Shown: positions 16,565 to 26,814, counted from the stretch's first letter. The stretch is 32,580 bases of DNA from Alphaproteobacteria bacterium (GCA_965225945.1 CBDDBZ010000003.1:1-32580), one strand, 5' to 3'. Translations and numbers: made by a program. The notes: generated by a model not told the origin, from the letters alone.

Positions 16565-17857
16565 ATGTTCGCCCCGGACCTGAAGTTCACCCCCTGGTGG
16601 TGGGAGTGGGCGCCTCGGCGCGAGCGAAACGAGCCGGAGTTGCCGAGGGATGCCGAGATCGCCATCGTCGGCTCCGGCTTCACCGGCTTGTCCGCCGCGC
16701 TGACCCTGGCGCGGGCCGGGCGCGAGGTCGTGGTGCTGGAGGCGGACGCGCCCGGCTTCGGCGCCTCCAGCCGCAACGGCGGCCAGGTCGGCAGCGGCAA
16801 CCAGCGCTATACGACCACTGAGCTTAAGGCGATGTATGGCGAGGAACCGGCGGGCGAGTTGCTGCGCGAGGGGATGGCGGCGCTGGAGTATGTCTGCGGC
16901 CTGATCGAGGAGGAGGAGATCGACTGCCACTTCCGCCGCGCCGGCCGCTTCCGCGCCGCGCGCCGCGCCTCGCACTGGGAGCCGATGTTGCGCGAGCACG
17001 AGGCGCTGTCGGCCATGATCGGCCTCGACTTCACGGCCGTGCCCAAGGCCAGCCTGCGCGACGAGATCGACACCGACCTCTACCATGGCGGCGTCGTGCT
17101 CAACGAGGACGCGACGGTGCATCCCGCGATGTATCACTCCGGCCTGCTGGAACGGGTCGAGGCCGCCGGCGTCCGCGTCGTCCCCTTCACCCGGGTCCAG
17201 GAAATCGTCAAGGAGCGCCAGCGGATCGCGCTCCGCACCTCTCGCGGCGAGATCTCCGCCGGCCACGCCATCGCCGCCACCAACGGCTACACGACCAACG
17301 CGACGCCGGACCTTAAGGCGCGGGTGGTGCCGATCCCCTCCGGCATCATCGCGACGGAGGAACTGCCGGCCGACGTCATCGCCCGCCTGCTGCCCAACCG
17401 CCGGGTGATGGGCGAGACGGGCCGGATCTACCACTATTACCAGGTGAGCCCGGACGGCAAACGCATCCTCTGGGGTGGTCGCGCCAAGGGCAATCCGCAT
17501 GCCCCCCGGAGCGAGGATTTCGTCCATCTCTACCGAGGGCTGATCCGCCTTTTCCCCGAACTCGACGGGGTGAAGGTGACGCACGCCTGGGGCGGTTACG
17601 TCGCCTATACCAAGGACGTCTTCCCGCACGCGGGCGTGCGCGACGGCATCCATTACGCCATGGGCTACTGCGGCAGCGGCGTTGCCCGCGCGACCCACTT
17701 GGGCCACAGAATCGCGCTCAAGATCCTGGGCGAGGAAGAGGGCGCCACCGCCTGGGACCAGTTGGAGTTCAAGCCCTACCTCTCGTCCGGAATCGCCCAG
17801 GCCATGGTGCCGGCGGTCTCCAACTTCTACCGCCTCCTGGACGCGATGGAGCGCTAG
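16565..17857 (+). CDS. FAD-dependent oxidoreductase (DAO family, PuuB/OrdL-like), 430 aa
   Basis: IVGSGFTGLSAA, GASSRNGG, ATNGYT, GYCGSGV; begins 2 nt after the aminotransferase stop. Confidence 0.92.
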   Translation: MFAPDLKFTPWWWEWAPRRERNEPELPRDAEIAIVGSGFTGLSAALTLARAGREVVVLEADAPGFGASSRNGGQVGSGNQRYTTTELKAMYGEEPAGELLREGMAALEYVCGLIEEEEIDCHFRRAGRFRAARRASHWEPMLREHEALSAMIGLDFTAVPKASLRDEIDTDLYHGGVVLNEDATVHPAMYHSGLLERVEAAGVRVVPFTRVQEIVKERQRIALRTSRGEISAGHAIAATNGYTTNATPDLKARVVPIPSGIIATEELPADVIARLLPNRRVMGETGRIYHYYQVSPDGKRILWGGRAKGNPHAPRSEDFVHLYRGLIRLFPELDGVKVTHAWGGYVAYTKDVFPHAGVRDGIHYAMGYCGSGVARATHLGHRIALKILGEEEGATAWDQLEFKPYLSSGIAQAMVPAVSNFYRLLDAMER

Positions 17858-17858
17858 A

Positions 17859-18782
17859 TCAGGGCGCCATCGCCGGCGGGTCGGCGGCGAGCGCGGCGCC
17901 GGCGTGGCGGTTGTCGACGCAAACCTCGTAGGGGATGTCGCGGGTGACCAGGCCGCCCGAGAGGCAAGAGCGTTTCAAGCGTTCGAAGCCGTCGGCCGGC
18001 AGGATCGGGTTATCGTTCCAAACCCCCAAGGCCTGATAGCGGGCGATGCAGGCGGCGACCAGATCGGGGTCGAGATCGGGGAAATAGTCGCGGATGACAT
18101 GGGCCACGGTCTCCGGCGCCGCCGCCTTCAACCACTTCTGGGTACGGTAGAGGCCACGCGTCATCGCCGCCATGGTCTCGGGCTCGGCCTCGAAGCGGGC
18201 GCGGGTGGCATAGAACGAGGTGTAGGCGGTGGGGCCTCGCCTGGCCGCCGCGTACCAGACATGGCAGCCCTGGCGGATCAGCTGTTCGGCATAAGGCTGG
18301 TAAACCTGTACGACGTCGACCTCGCCCGCCAGCAGCGCCGCCCCGTTCTCCCCCATGGTGCCGTCCGCGCGGCGGCGCACCGCGCCCGGATCACGGCCCA
18401 GACCACGCAGATCCTCCTGCAGACAAAGCCAGGGCGTCGGTACCTCGGAGACGCTGGCGAGGTGCAGGTCCGCCAACTCCTCCACCTGGAAATCGGGCCG
18501 GGGCTCGCGGCCGATCAGAAAGAACGGATCGCGGCCCACCGCCTCGGCGAACAGCACCAGGTCGCACTCCGGGTGGCGGTCGTAGGTCAGCAGGACGCGC
18601 ATCGGCCCGCCCCAGGAGATATCGGCCGTGCCGTCCAGCAGGCTGGTCGCGGTGGCCGCTGGGCTGGGCGAGGTGACGATGTTCACCTCGATCCCTTCCT
18701 CCGCGTAAGCCCCCAGGGCATGGGCCGAATAGAAGGGGGCGTAGAACACCGCGCGGAGGTTTTCGAAGAGGGTGATGGCCAT
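17859..18782 (-). CDS. ABC transporter substrate-binding protein (NitT/TauT/NMT1-like), 307 aa
   Basis: MAITLFENLRAVFYAPFY...EEGIEV, GGPMR, RDPFFLIGR, EVPTPWLCL. Confidence 0.88.
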   Translation of the reverse strand: MAITLFENLRAVFYAPFYSAHALGAYAEEGIEVNIVTSPSPAATATSLLDGTADISWGGPMRVLLTYDRHPECDLVLFAEAVGRDPFFLIGREPRPDFQVEELADLHLASVSEVPTPWLCLQEDLRGLGRDPGAVRRRADGTMGENGAALLAGEVDVVQVYQPYAEQLIRQGCHVWYAAARRGPTAYTSFYATRARFEAEPETMAAMTRGLYRTQKWLKAAAPETVAHVIRDYFPDLDPDLVAACIARYQALGVWNDNPILPADGFERLKRSCLSGGLVTRDIPYEVCVDNRHAGAALAADPPAMAP

Positions 18783-18863
18783 GGCCGCGCTCCTGCTCGT
18801 CTCGGGTCCGCCCCACTTTGAACGGCTTGCCGGCCCGCCCGCAAGTCGGCTACGAAGGTGGCC

Positions 18864-19910
18864 ATGACGACGGAGCGTGATATCGGCGCGGGCGAGGTCG
18901 TCCTGCCAGCGGCGGACCTGGCGGCGACGCTCGACTTTTTCACCGACACGCTCGGCTTCCGGCTGCTCGCCATCTTTCCCGCCGAGGATCCGGAAATCGC
19001 GGTGATCGACGGTTACGGACTGCGCCTCCGGCTGGACCGGGGCTTCGACGGAGCGCCTGGCCGCCTGCGCCTGACGGGCGAGGAAGGGACGCTGCACGCG
19101 CCCAACGGCACGGCCATCGACATCGCCCCGACGGACGGCATGGCCGACGTGCCGCCGCCCGCCGACACGCTCTCCATCGTCGAGGCGGGCGACTGGGTCA
19201 CCGGGCGGGCGGGCATGCTCTACCGCGACCTGGTGCCAGACCGGGCGGGCGGCCATGTCGTCGCCTCCCACATCCGCATACCCCGGGCCGGGCCGGTGGC
19301 GGACATGGTTCACTACCACCGGGTCCGCTTTCAGATGATCCATTGCCTCGCCGGCTGGGTCCGCCTGGTCTACGAGGACCAGGGCCCGCCCTTCGTCATG
19401 GAAGCGGGCGACTGCGTCCTGCAACCGCCGGAAATCCGCCACCGGGTGCTCGAAGCGAGCGCCGGCCTTGAGGTCGTCGAGGTCGCCAGCCCCGCCGCCC
19501 ACCCGACCCTGATCGACCACGACCTCGACCTGCCGACGGCGACCCTGGCCCCGGAACGCGACTTCGCCGGCCAGCGCTTTCATCTCCACAGAGCCGGCGA
19601 GGCGGCCTGGGCGCCTTCGGAACTCGCCGGCTTCGAGATCCGCGACATCGGCCTCTCGGCGCCCACCGGCGGCATCGCCGAGGCCCATCTCCTTCGCGCG
19701 AGCGCCGGGGGCGCGGGCGGCCTATCGACCTCGCATCCCGGCGTCCTGCTGCTCTTCATCGTCCGGGGAGAGCTCGACGTCGACCTCGCGGGCGAGCCGG
19801 CGCGGCGGATCGGCGGAGGCGCGGCGATCACCCTGCCACCCGCGACGCCCTGCCGAATCGCCGCCCGAAGCGACGATCTGGAAATACTGCGTGTTCACCT
19901 GAAAGGCTGA
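18864..19910 (+). CDS. Glyoxalase-like N-terminus + cupin domain protein
   Basis: FFTDTLGFRL..IFPAEDP; GRAGMLYRDL; VHYHRVRFQMI; GDCVLQPPEIRHRV; second cupin-like segment at the C-terminus. Confidence 0.85.
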   Translation: MTTERDIGAGEVVLPAADLAATLDFFTDTLGFRLLAIFPAEDPEIAVIDGYGLRLRLDRGFDGAPGRLRLTGEEGTLHAPNGTAIDIAPTDGMADVPPPADTLSIVEAGDWVTGRAGMLYRDLVPDRAGGHVVASHIRIPRAGPVADMVHYHRVRFQMIHCLAGWVRLVYEDQGPPFVMEAGDCVLQPPEIRHRVLEASAGLEVVEVASPAAHPTLIDHDLDLPTATLAPERDFAGQRFHLHRAGEAAWAPSELAGFEIRDIGLSAPTGGIAEAHLLRASAGGAGGLSTSHPGVLLLFIVRGELDVDLAGEPARRIGGGAAITLPPATPCRIAARSDDLEILRVHLKG

Positions 19911-20025
19911 AGATCTCGCGGCGTCGTCCAGGAGCAAATAGCCGTTGGCGCTTTCGTCGGGGTCGAGTACGCCGCGGGTGGCGGCGAAAGCGCCGGAATC
20001 CGGCATCGCCCGGGGCCGCCGATCC

Positions 20026-20958
20026 CTATTCCCCCAACAGCTCACGCACCGCGGCCTCGACGAAGCGCACGTCCTCGACGTTTTCCGGCCACGAGCCGGC
20101 CATGTGACCCCAGATCGACGGGATCGGACGCAGCTCCGCGTTGGGCATCAACGCCACCTCGCGGCGGCTGTCCTCGACCGGGAAGTAGAGATCGCTCTCC
20201 GACGGCATCACCAGCGCCTTCGCCCGGATCGCGCCGAGCGCCGCGCCGAGATCGCCCTCGTAGCGGTCGTTGGCGGCGACGTCGCAGTGTTCCCAGGTCC
20301 AGAGCATCGCCCGGATGTCCATCGGATCGCGGCGTTCGAGGAACGCTTCCCAGCGCCCGACCACGAAATCCTCCATCGAGGCGTGGCCCAGCCGGCGCCA
20401 GACTTCCTCGCGATAGAACGCCTGGCTCATCGCCCAGGCGGCGCAGACGCGCGCCAACGCCCGGACGTTGCCCTCCCCCAGCGCCGCCCGCAGGCACTGG
20501 ACGTGCAACCGGTTGTGCGCCGTCGCGCGCGCCGACCCGACGACGCAGCAGATCCGCTGGACCATCTCGGGGAACAGCGCGCCCCAGTGGAAGGCCTGCA
20601 TCGCGCCCATGGAGCGGCCATAAACGAGGGCGATGCCCTTCATGCCCAGCTTTTTCGTCAACAGCCGGTGTTGCGCGACGACGTTGTCGTGGATGGTGAA
20701 GTTCGGCGCGCCGGGCGCCGTCGACAATCCGTTGCCGAACAGGTTGACCATGACGACGAAATGGCGCGCCGGGTCGAAAATGCGAAGCGTCCATTCCACG
20801 TCCGGATGCTGGCCGGCGAACGCCGTCGGGTAGACGATGGCGTTGGAGCGGCTGGCGTTGGGCGCGCCCCAGGTCCGGTAGACCAGCCGAGCGCCCTGGC
20901 AGACGGCGCCCGACCGCAGCTCCAGCTCGTCGAGGACATAGACCCGGTGATCGGTCAT
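20026..20958 (-). CDS. Alpha/beta hydrolase, homoserine O-acetyltransferase-like (310 aa)
   Basis: LVYRTWG, NLFGNGLS, GRSMG nucleophile, DLYFP, WGHMAG. Confidence 0.88.
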   Translation of the reverse strand: MTDHRVYVLDELELRSGAVCQGARLVYRTWGAPNASRSNAIVYPTAFAGQHPDVEWTLRIFDPARHFVVMVNLFGNGLSTAPGAPNFTIHDNVVAQHRLLTKKLGMKGIALVYGRSMGAMQAFHWGALFPEMVQRICCVVGSARATAHNRLHVQCLRAALGEGNVRALARVCAAWAMSQAFYREEVWRRLGHASMEDFVVGRWEAFLERRDPMDIRAMLWTWEHCDVAANDRYEGDLGAALGAIRAKALVMPSESDLYFPVEDSRREVALMPNAELRPIPSIWGHMAGSWPENVEDVRFVEAAVRELLGE

Positions 20959-21121
20959 CGAGGCGCAGCCTACCACGTCGCCGCGGCCGTCGGCGCCGGC
21001 TTGCCGCGGCGGGGATTGCCTGGTTGGGGGCCTGGGTCTACTACTCGAAGATCCCATGTATGGCGACCACCTCGTCGCGACCGGACGCGACGATCCGCTT
21101 GAACCCGTATCGGAGGATGTG

Positions 21122-22000
21122 ATGGGCGAGATCGAACGGCTGGGCTTCATCGGTTTGGGCGTCATGGGCGGGCGGATGTGCCGCAATCTGGCGCAAAAGT
21201 CCGGCAAGCGCGTGATCGGCCATGACATCGACGGCGAAAAGGCGACAGCGCTCTCGAATGCCGGCGTCGATGCCGTCGGCTCCATCGCCGAGGTGGTCGA
21301 CGGGCCCGAGATGATCTTCATCTGCGTGCCCGGCGAGCCGCAAGTGCGCGAGCTGGCCTTCGGCGAGGGTGGGCTGGTGGCGGCGGCGCGAGCCGGCCAG
21401 ACCGTGGTCGACATGACCACGGCGACGGTCGAGATCAACCGCGAGGTCGCGGCGGCGCTGGCGTCCAAGGGCGTCGACTTCGCCGACGCGCCGGTGGCCC
21501 GCGGCGTGCCGGCGGCCGAGAACGGCACCCTCGCCATCATGGTCGGCGCCTCGGACGACGTGTTGGCGCGTATCACGCCGTCCCTCGAGTGCATGGGCAC
21601 CGAGATCTCCCATTGCGGCGACGTCGGCACCGGCCAGGTCATGAAACTGATGAACAACATGCTGGTCTTCGAGAACGTCTCGGCTATCGCCGAGGCGATG
21701 GCGATCGCCACGCGCGCCGGGGTCGAACGCGACAAGGTCTTCGAGATCCTCAGCCGCGGCTCGGCCGACAGCTTCGTCATGCGCAAGCACGGCAGCCACA
21801 TGACCACGGGCGATTACCCCGACGACCAGTTCCCGACGACCTATTCGCTGAAGGACATCGGCTACGCCATCGATCTGGCCGAGAAGGTCGGCGTCGAGGC
21901 CGACGGCGCCAAACTGGCGCAAAGTCGCCTGCGGCAAGCCGCCGACCGGGGCCTCGGCCAATACTACGCCCCGGTGATCTACAAGCTGTTCGAGGCGTGA
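21122..22000 (+). CDS. NAD(P)-dependent 3-hydroxyisobutyrate/2-hydroxy-3-oxopropionate reductase family protein
   Basis: GFIGLGVMG, DAPVARG, GTLAIMVG, GQVMKLMNN, KDIGYA; RBS GGAGG. Confidence 0.92.
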   Translation: MGEIERLGFIGLGVMGGRMCRNLAQKSGKRVIGHDIDGEKATALSNAGVDAVGSIAEVVDGPEMIFICVPGEPQVRELAFGEGGLVAAARAGQTVVDMTTATVEINREVAAALASKGVDFADAPVARGVPAAENGTLAIMVGASDDVLARITPSLECMGTEISHCGDVGTGQVMKLMNNMLVFENVSAIAEAMAIATRAGVERDKVFEILSRGSADSFVMRKHGSHMTTGDYPDDQFPTTYSLKDIGYAIDLAEKVGVEADGAKLAQSRLRQAADRGLGQYYAPVIYKLFEA

Positions 22001-22020
22001 GGCCAGGCGGGAAGCGCGCG

Positions 22021-22821
22021 TCAGGCCGCGTCGAGAAAACGCCGCAGGATCCGGTTGACGTCCGCCGGCGCCACCACGTTCATCATGTGGCGCTGGCCGG
22101 GAATGATCGCCAACTCGGCGCCGGGGATCTCCGCCGCCATGGCCCGCGCCATGTCGGCGGTGGAGCCGACGTCGTGCTCGCCGGTCAGCACCAGGGTCGG
22201 GCAGCGGATTGACCGCAAGCGGCCGACGAGGCCGCCGCCCGCCGTGGCGAAGACCCGGTAGGCCTTGAGCTTGGCGGCCTCGTTCCCTTCGCGCATCCAG
22301 CCGTCGACCTCGGCGATCGCGGCGGCCAGCGTGACGCGCTCCTCGTCGGTAAACCAGCGGGCGACCGTGGCCTCCGCGTTGCCGGCGATGCCCAGGGATT
22401 CGAAATCGCCGAGGCGGGCGGCGGAGCGTTCGCGCTGCTCGGCGTTCCGGTCATAGACGGCGTTCATCAGCACCAACCGGCGGAGCTCGGCCGAGTGCTC
22501 GATCGCATGAGCCTGAGCCAGCAAGCCGCCCATGGAAAAACCGACAAGCGCCGGCGGCCCGTCGTCGGCGGCAAGGTCGATGACCTGGCCGAGCTGGCAG
22601 ACGTAATCGTCCAAGCCGCGCGGGCCCGGCGGGTCGGCCGAACCGCCGTGACCCCACATGTCAAAGCGAACGACCCTGTGATCGCGCGCCAGGTCGGCGA
22701 CCTGGCGGCCCCACATTCCCATGTCCATCAGCACGCCGTGGGCGAGCACCACCGTCGGCCCGGCGCCCTCGACGCGGACGCGGGTCCCGCACTCGACCCA
22801 TTCGCGGACACTTCCCGCCAC
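22021..22821 (-). CDS. Alpha/beta hydrolase (3-oxoadipate enol-lactonase-like)
   Basis: LAHG, FDMWGHGGS, GFSMG, GEHD, C-terminal His; GTG start chosen after a GGAGG motif. Confidence 0.85.
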   Translation of the reverse strand: MAGSVREWVECGTRVRVEGAGPTVVLAHGVLMDMGMWGRQVADLARDHRVVRFDMWGHGGSADPPGPRGLDDYVCQLGQVIDLAADDGPPALVGFSMGGLLAQAHAIEHSAELRRLVLMNAVYDRNAEQRERSAARLGDFESLGIAGNAEATVARWFTDEERVTLAAAIAEVDGWMREGNEAAKLKAYRVFATAGGGLVGRLRSIRCPTLVLTGEHDVGSTADMARAMAAEIPGAELAIIPGQRHMMNVVAPADVNRILRRFLDAA

Positions 22822-22977
22822 GCGACCCCTCCCCGGCCCCAATATCCCGGCGCGGACGGTAGCATGTCGTCGGGAGCGCCGCGCGAACCCGCGGCCGTGT
22901 TATGTGGTATTTTATTACCGCAGACGTAAACGTTTGAAAAATCAGGGGAAATTGGACAAATCGGCCCAATTAAAGCA

Positions 22978-23005
22978 TTGACTTGGGCGGCGATCCTGAC
23001 ATACT
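22978..23005 (+). promoter_or_regulatory. Candidate rplM-rpsI promoter
   Basis: TTGACT (22978-22983), 16 nt, CATACT; AT-rich upstream tract. Confidence 0.45.
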
Positions 23006-23083
23006 CCGCCGCCGGTCCGGGGCCGCGTCCGCTCCCGGCCCGACAAGTCGCAACTCAGGATACCAACTCGGGATAGCGATACG

Positions 23084-23548
23084 ATGAGAACCTACTCCGC
23101 CCGCCCGGCCGACGTCACGCGGCAATGGTGGCTGATCGACGCGGAGGACGTGGTCCTCGGCCGGCTCGCCGTCATCGTCGCCGATCGCCTGCGCGGCAAG
23201 CACAAGCCGCAATTTACGCCGCACATCGACTGCGGCGACCATGTCGTCATCGTCAACGCCGACAAGGTGAAGCTGACGGGGCGCAAGCGCAGCAACAAGA
23301 CCTATTACTGGCATACCGGCTATCCGGGTGGCATCAAGAGCCGCACCGCCGACAAGATCCTCGACGGAAAACACCCGGAGCGGGTGATCGAGAAGGCGAT
23401 CCAGCGGATGGTGCCCAAAGGACCCTTGGGCCGGGCGCAACTGCGCAAGCTGAAGGTCTATGCCGGCGCCGAGCATCCCCATGACGCGCAACAGCCCACC
23501 GCGCTGGACCTCGCGGCGATGAACGCGAAGAACAAGAGGAGCGCCTGA
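23084..23548 (+). CDS. rplM: 50S ribosomal protein L13
   Basis: [48 protein letters not shown]. Confidence 0.99.
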   Translation: MRTYSARPADVTRQWWLIDAEDVVLGRLAVIVADRLRGKHKPQFTPHIDCGDHVVIVNADKVKLTGRKRSNKTYYWHTGYPGGIKSRTADKILDGKHPERVIEKAIQRMVPKGPLGRAQLRKLKVYAGAEHPHDAQQPTALDLAAMNAKNKRSA

Positions 23549-23550
23549 CC

Positions 23551-24036
23551 ATGTCCGAGACGACCACCACGGGCGGCCTCGAGGATCTGGCCAGCCTCGT
23601 CACGCCGAGCGAGGAGGCACCGCCTCCGCCCGAGCCCCAGATCGACGCCCAGGGCCGCGCCTATGCGACCGGCAAGCGCAAGAATGCGATCGCCCGGGTC
23701 TGGATCAAGCCGGGCCTCGGCCGCATCATCGTCAACGGGCGCGACAGCACGGAATATTTCGCCCGTCCCGTCCTGCGCATGATCCTCAACCAGCCCTTCG
23801 CTGTGGTGGAGCGGATCGAGCAGTACGACGTCCACTGCACCGTCAAGGGCGGCGGCCTCTCGGGCCAGGCCGGCGCCGTGCGCCATGGCATCAGCCGGGC
23901 GCTGGTGAATTTCGAGCCGGGGCTCCGCCCGGTTCTGAAGAAGGGTGGCTTCCTGACCCGCGATTCCCGCGTGGTCGAGCGCAAGAAGTACGGCAAGGCC
24001 AAGGCGCGCCGAAGCTTCCAGTTCTCCAAACGCTGA
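23551..24036 (+). CDS. rpsI: 30S ribosomal protein S9
   Basis: [39 protein letters not shown]. Confidence 0.99.
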   Translation: MSETTTTGGLEDLASLVTPSEEAPPPPEPQIDAQGRAYATGKRKNAIARVWIKPGLGRIIVNGRDSTEYFARPVLRMILNQPFAVVERIEQYDVHCTVKGGGLSGQAGAVRHGISRALVNFEPGLRPVLKKGGFLTRDSRVVERKKYGKAKARRSFQFSKR

Positions 24037-24063
24037 CCGCCCGGTCGTAAATCCAACTCGATC

Positions 24064-24090
24064 AAGGGCGGTGGCGACACCGCCCTTTTT
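24064..24090 (+). terminator. Intrinsic terminator of rplM-rpsI
   Basis: AAGGGCGGTG-GCGA-CACCGCCCTT + TTT (GNRA tetraloop). Confidence 0.9.
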
Positions 24091-24119
24091 CGTTGCTCTT
24101 CGACTATAATCTCGCCTTA

Positions 24120-25088
24120 GTGTCCGTCCGGGGACGTTATGAGTCGGATGAATCGGTTATCCGGCGCCCCCTCTTGAAGAGCTGAATCAGCTGTGATTCT
24201 CTGGGGTGGTGAATTTACTCTTGAGGTGCCCCATGTGGACTGCCGACAACCGCCCGCGCTACAATCGCGACAAACTGCGTTATCCGAGCGACCTGACCGA
24301 TGCGGAATGGGCGCATATCGAGCCGCTGATCCCGCCGGGCAAGCCCGGCGGCGGCAAACGGCGCGTCGCTATCCGCGAGGTGATCAACGGCGTGATGTAC
24401 ATTCTGAGCACCGGCTGCCAGTGGCGCGCGCTGCCCAAGGATTTGCCGCCCAGAAGCACCGTGCATGATTACCTCGGCCTGTGGAACTGGGACGGCACGC
24501 TGGATCGCATCCATCATGCGCTCTACCTCAAGTGCCGCGAGAAAGCCGCGCGCGAAGCCAGCCCCACGGCCTGCATCATCGACACTCAGAGTGTGAAAAG
24601 CGCTGAAAAAGGGGGGCTCGCATCGACAGCCACGGCTTCGATGCCGGCAAGCTGATCAAGGGCAAGAAGCGGCATGTTCTGGTCGATACGCAAGGCTTGC
24701 TGCTGCACGGCATCGTCACCGCCGCCAACGTTCAGGATCGCGACGGCGGTCTCGCGCTGCTGGCGACCTTGTTCGGTCTGTTTCCCTTTCTCGGGAAATT
24801 GTTCGCCGACAGCGCCTATCAGGGGCCGGTCTTTCACCGCGCCCTGGCCGGCATCCTGCCCGATCTCGAGACCGAGATCGTCAAGCGATCCGATCGGGTG
24901 AAGGGCTTCGTCGTCCAGCCCAGGCGTTGGGTGGTCGAACGCACCATCGCCTGGCTCAACCGCTGCCGCCGACTGGCCAAGGACTGGGAGAACCTCAACC
25001 GCAACGCGCTCGCCTTCATCAAGCTCGCGTCCATTCGACTCATGCTCCGAAAACTCTGTAATCCTACATAAAGTCTCCGGACGGACTC
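24120..25088 (+). mobile_element. IS5-family element, 969 bp
   Basis: 22-bp IRs GTGTCCGTCCGGGGACGTTATG and reverse complement GAGTCCGTCCGGAGACTTTATG; TSD TTA at 24117-24119 and 25089-25091. Confidence 0.95.
24233..25071 (+). CDS. IS5-family transposase in two ORFs joined by a -1 shift at AAAAAGGGGGG (24606-24616)
   Basis: ORF1 YPSDLTDAEW...IIDTQSVKSAEKGG; ORF2 RIDSHGFDAGKLIKGKKRH...FADSAY...RWVVERT. Confidence 0.92.
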
Positions 25089-25104
25089 TTAGGGAGAGAA
25101 GCCC

Positions 25105-26231
25105 ATGACCTCCAACAATCTTCGGATCGCCATCCTCGGCGCAAGCGGCTACACCGGCGCGGAACTCGTGCGCCTTTTGGCGAACCATCCGAACGCCGAG
25201 ATCGTGCTGATGACCGCCGACCGCCACGCGGGCCAGTCCTACGACCGCGTCTTCCCCCACCTGGGCGGCATGGATCTTCCCGACCTCATCTCCATCGACG
25301 AGGTGGAGTGGGCCGGCCTCGACGTCGACGTCGTGTTCTGTGGGGCTGCCGCACGGCACCACGCAGGAAGTGATCGCCGGCATCCTGCACGACACCGGCC
25401 GCGACATGGTCGACGAGATGCTGCACGAGACTACCGGCGACCTCGCCGCCGCGACGCCCGGCCAGCCCAGGGTCATCGACCTCTCGGCCGACTTCCGGCT
25501 GGATGACGAAGAGACCTACGCGACCTGGTACGGCCATGCCCACCTCGCCCCGCACCTGCAGGGAGAAGCGGGTCTATGGCCTGACCGAGTATGCCCGCGA
25601 CGCGTTGCCGGGCACCCGCCTGGTGGCCTGCCCCGGCTGCTATCCGACCGCCGCCATCCTGCCGCTGGCCCCGTTGCTCGGCGCCGGTCAGATTGAGCTC
25701 GACGACATCATCATCGACGCCAAAACCGGCGTCACCGGGGCCGGCCGGGGCGAAAAGCTCACCAGTCTCTTCGGCGAGGTGGCCGAGGGCGTACATGCCT
25801 ACGCCATCGCCAAGCACCGCCACGGGCCGGAGATCGAGCAGGAGTTGAGCCGGGCCGCCGGGACGCAAGTCATGGTCAACTTCACGCCGCACCTGGTGCC
25901 GATGAACCGGGGCATCCTCTCGACCAACTACGTCCGCCTGGCGAACGGCAACACCGCCGACGACCTCCGGGCGACGCTGGCGAACCGCTACGAGAACGAG
26001 CCCTTCGTCCGCGTCGTGGCCGAGGGCGAGGCACCGGCGACCCGCCATGTTCGGGGCTCCAACCACTGCCTGATCGGCGTCTTCGCCGACCGGCTGCCGG
26101 GCCGCGCCATCGTCATCTCGGCGATCGACAATTTGGTCAAGGGCTCTTCCGGTCAGGCGGTGCATAACATGAACATCATGTACGGGGTGAGCGAGACCGC
26201 CGGGCTCGAGCAACAGGCTTTGTTTCCGTGA
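25105..26231 (+). CDS. argC: N-acetyl-gamma-glutamyl-phosphate reductase; frameshifts at ~25342 and ~25565
   Basis: ILGASGYTGAEL, LPHG, IDLSADFRL, PGCYPT, IDNLVKG. Confidence 0.95.
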
Positions 26232-26241
26232 GAGGCCAGAC

Positions 26242-26814
26242 GTGAGCCATCTTTCGATTCCCTACGAGGGCACGACGCCCGAGGTCTCGGCCGACGCCTT
26301 CGTCGCCCCCGACGCGACCTTGATCGGCGCCGTCACGGTCGGGGCCGGGTCCTCGATCTGGTATAAATGCGTGGTGCGCGCGGATTCGAAGCCGATCCAG
26401 ATCGGCCGCAACTGCAACATCCAGGACGGCACCGTGGTCCATGTCACCGGCCTGCCCAGGCCGACGATCATCAGCGACGGCGTCACGATCGGCCACATGG
26501 CGCTGATCCACGGTTGCGTGATCGAGCCTGGCGGCTTCGTCGGCATGAAGGGCATCGTCATGGACGGCGCCGTCATCGAGAGCGGCGCCATGCTGGCGAC
26601 GGGCGGCCTGCTGACCCCGGGAAAACGCATCCCGTCGGGCCAGATCTGGGCCGGCAGCCCGGCCAAATACTGGCGCGACGTCGGACCCGAGGACCTCGAG
26701 CTCTTCACCTCGACCATCCGCGTCTACCAGGACTACGCGGCCAAACACAAACGCGCCTGTGCCCAGGCGGGCCTGGTGCCGGACGCGCGCTTTCAGGCGG
26801 CGGGATCGGACTGA
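26242..26814 (+). CDS. Gamma carbonic anhydrase family (YrdA/CaiE-like) hexapeptide-repeat protein
   Basis: AFVAPDATLIGAV, RAD, NIQDGTVVH, GHMALIHGC, GSPAK. Confidence 0.92.
   Translation: MSHLSIPYEGTTPEVSADAFVAPDATLIGAVTVGAGSSIWYKCVVRADSKPIQIGRNCNIQDGTVVHVTGLPRPTIISDGVTIGHMALIHGCVIEPGGFVGMKGIVMDGAVIESGAMLATGGLLTPGKRIPSGQIWAGSPAKYWRDVGPEDLELFTSTIRVYQDYAAKHKRACAQAGLVPDARFQAAGSD

Noticed and set aside
18783-19688. 609-aa fusion ORF extending the substrate-binding protein
   Set aside because: The extension is antisense to the cupin gene; homology begins at MAITLFEN.
20959-21807. 593-aa fusion ORF extending the hydrolase
   Set aside because: The extension is antisense to the hydroxyacid dehydrogenase.
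23006-23083. Structured L13 leader RNA
   Set aside because: GC-rich pairing is possible but cannot be told from chance without a covariance search.
26793-26814. 22-bp convergent overlap of the gamma-CA and DAO genes
   Set aside because: Short 3' overlaps are common in GC-rich genomes; no sign of function.
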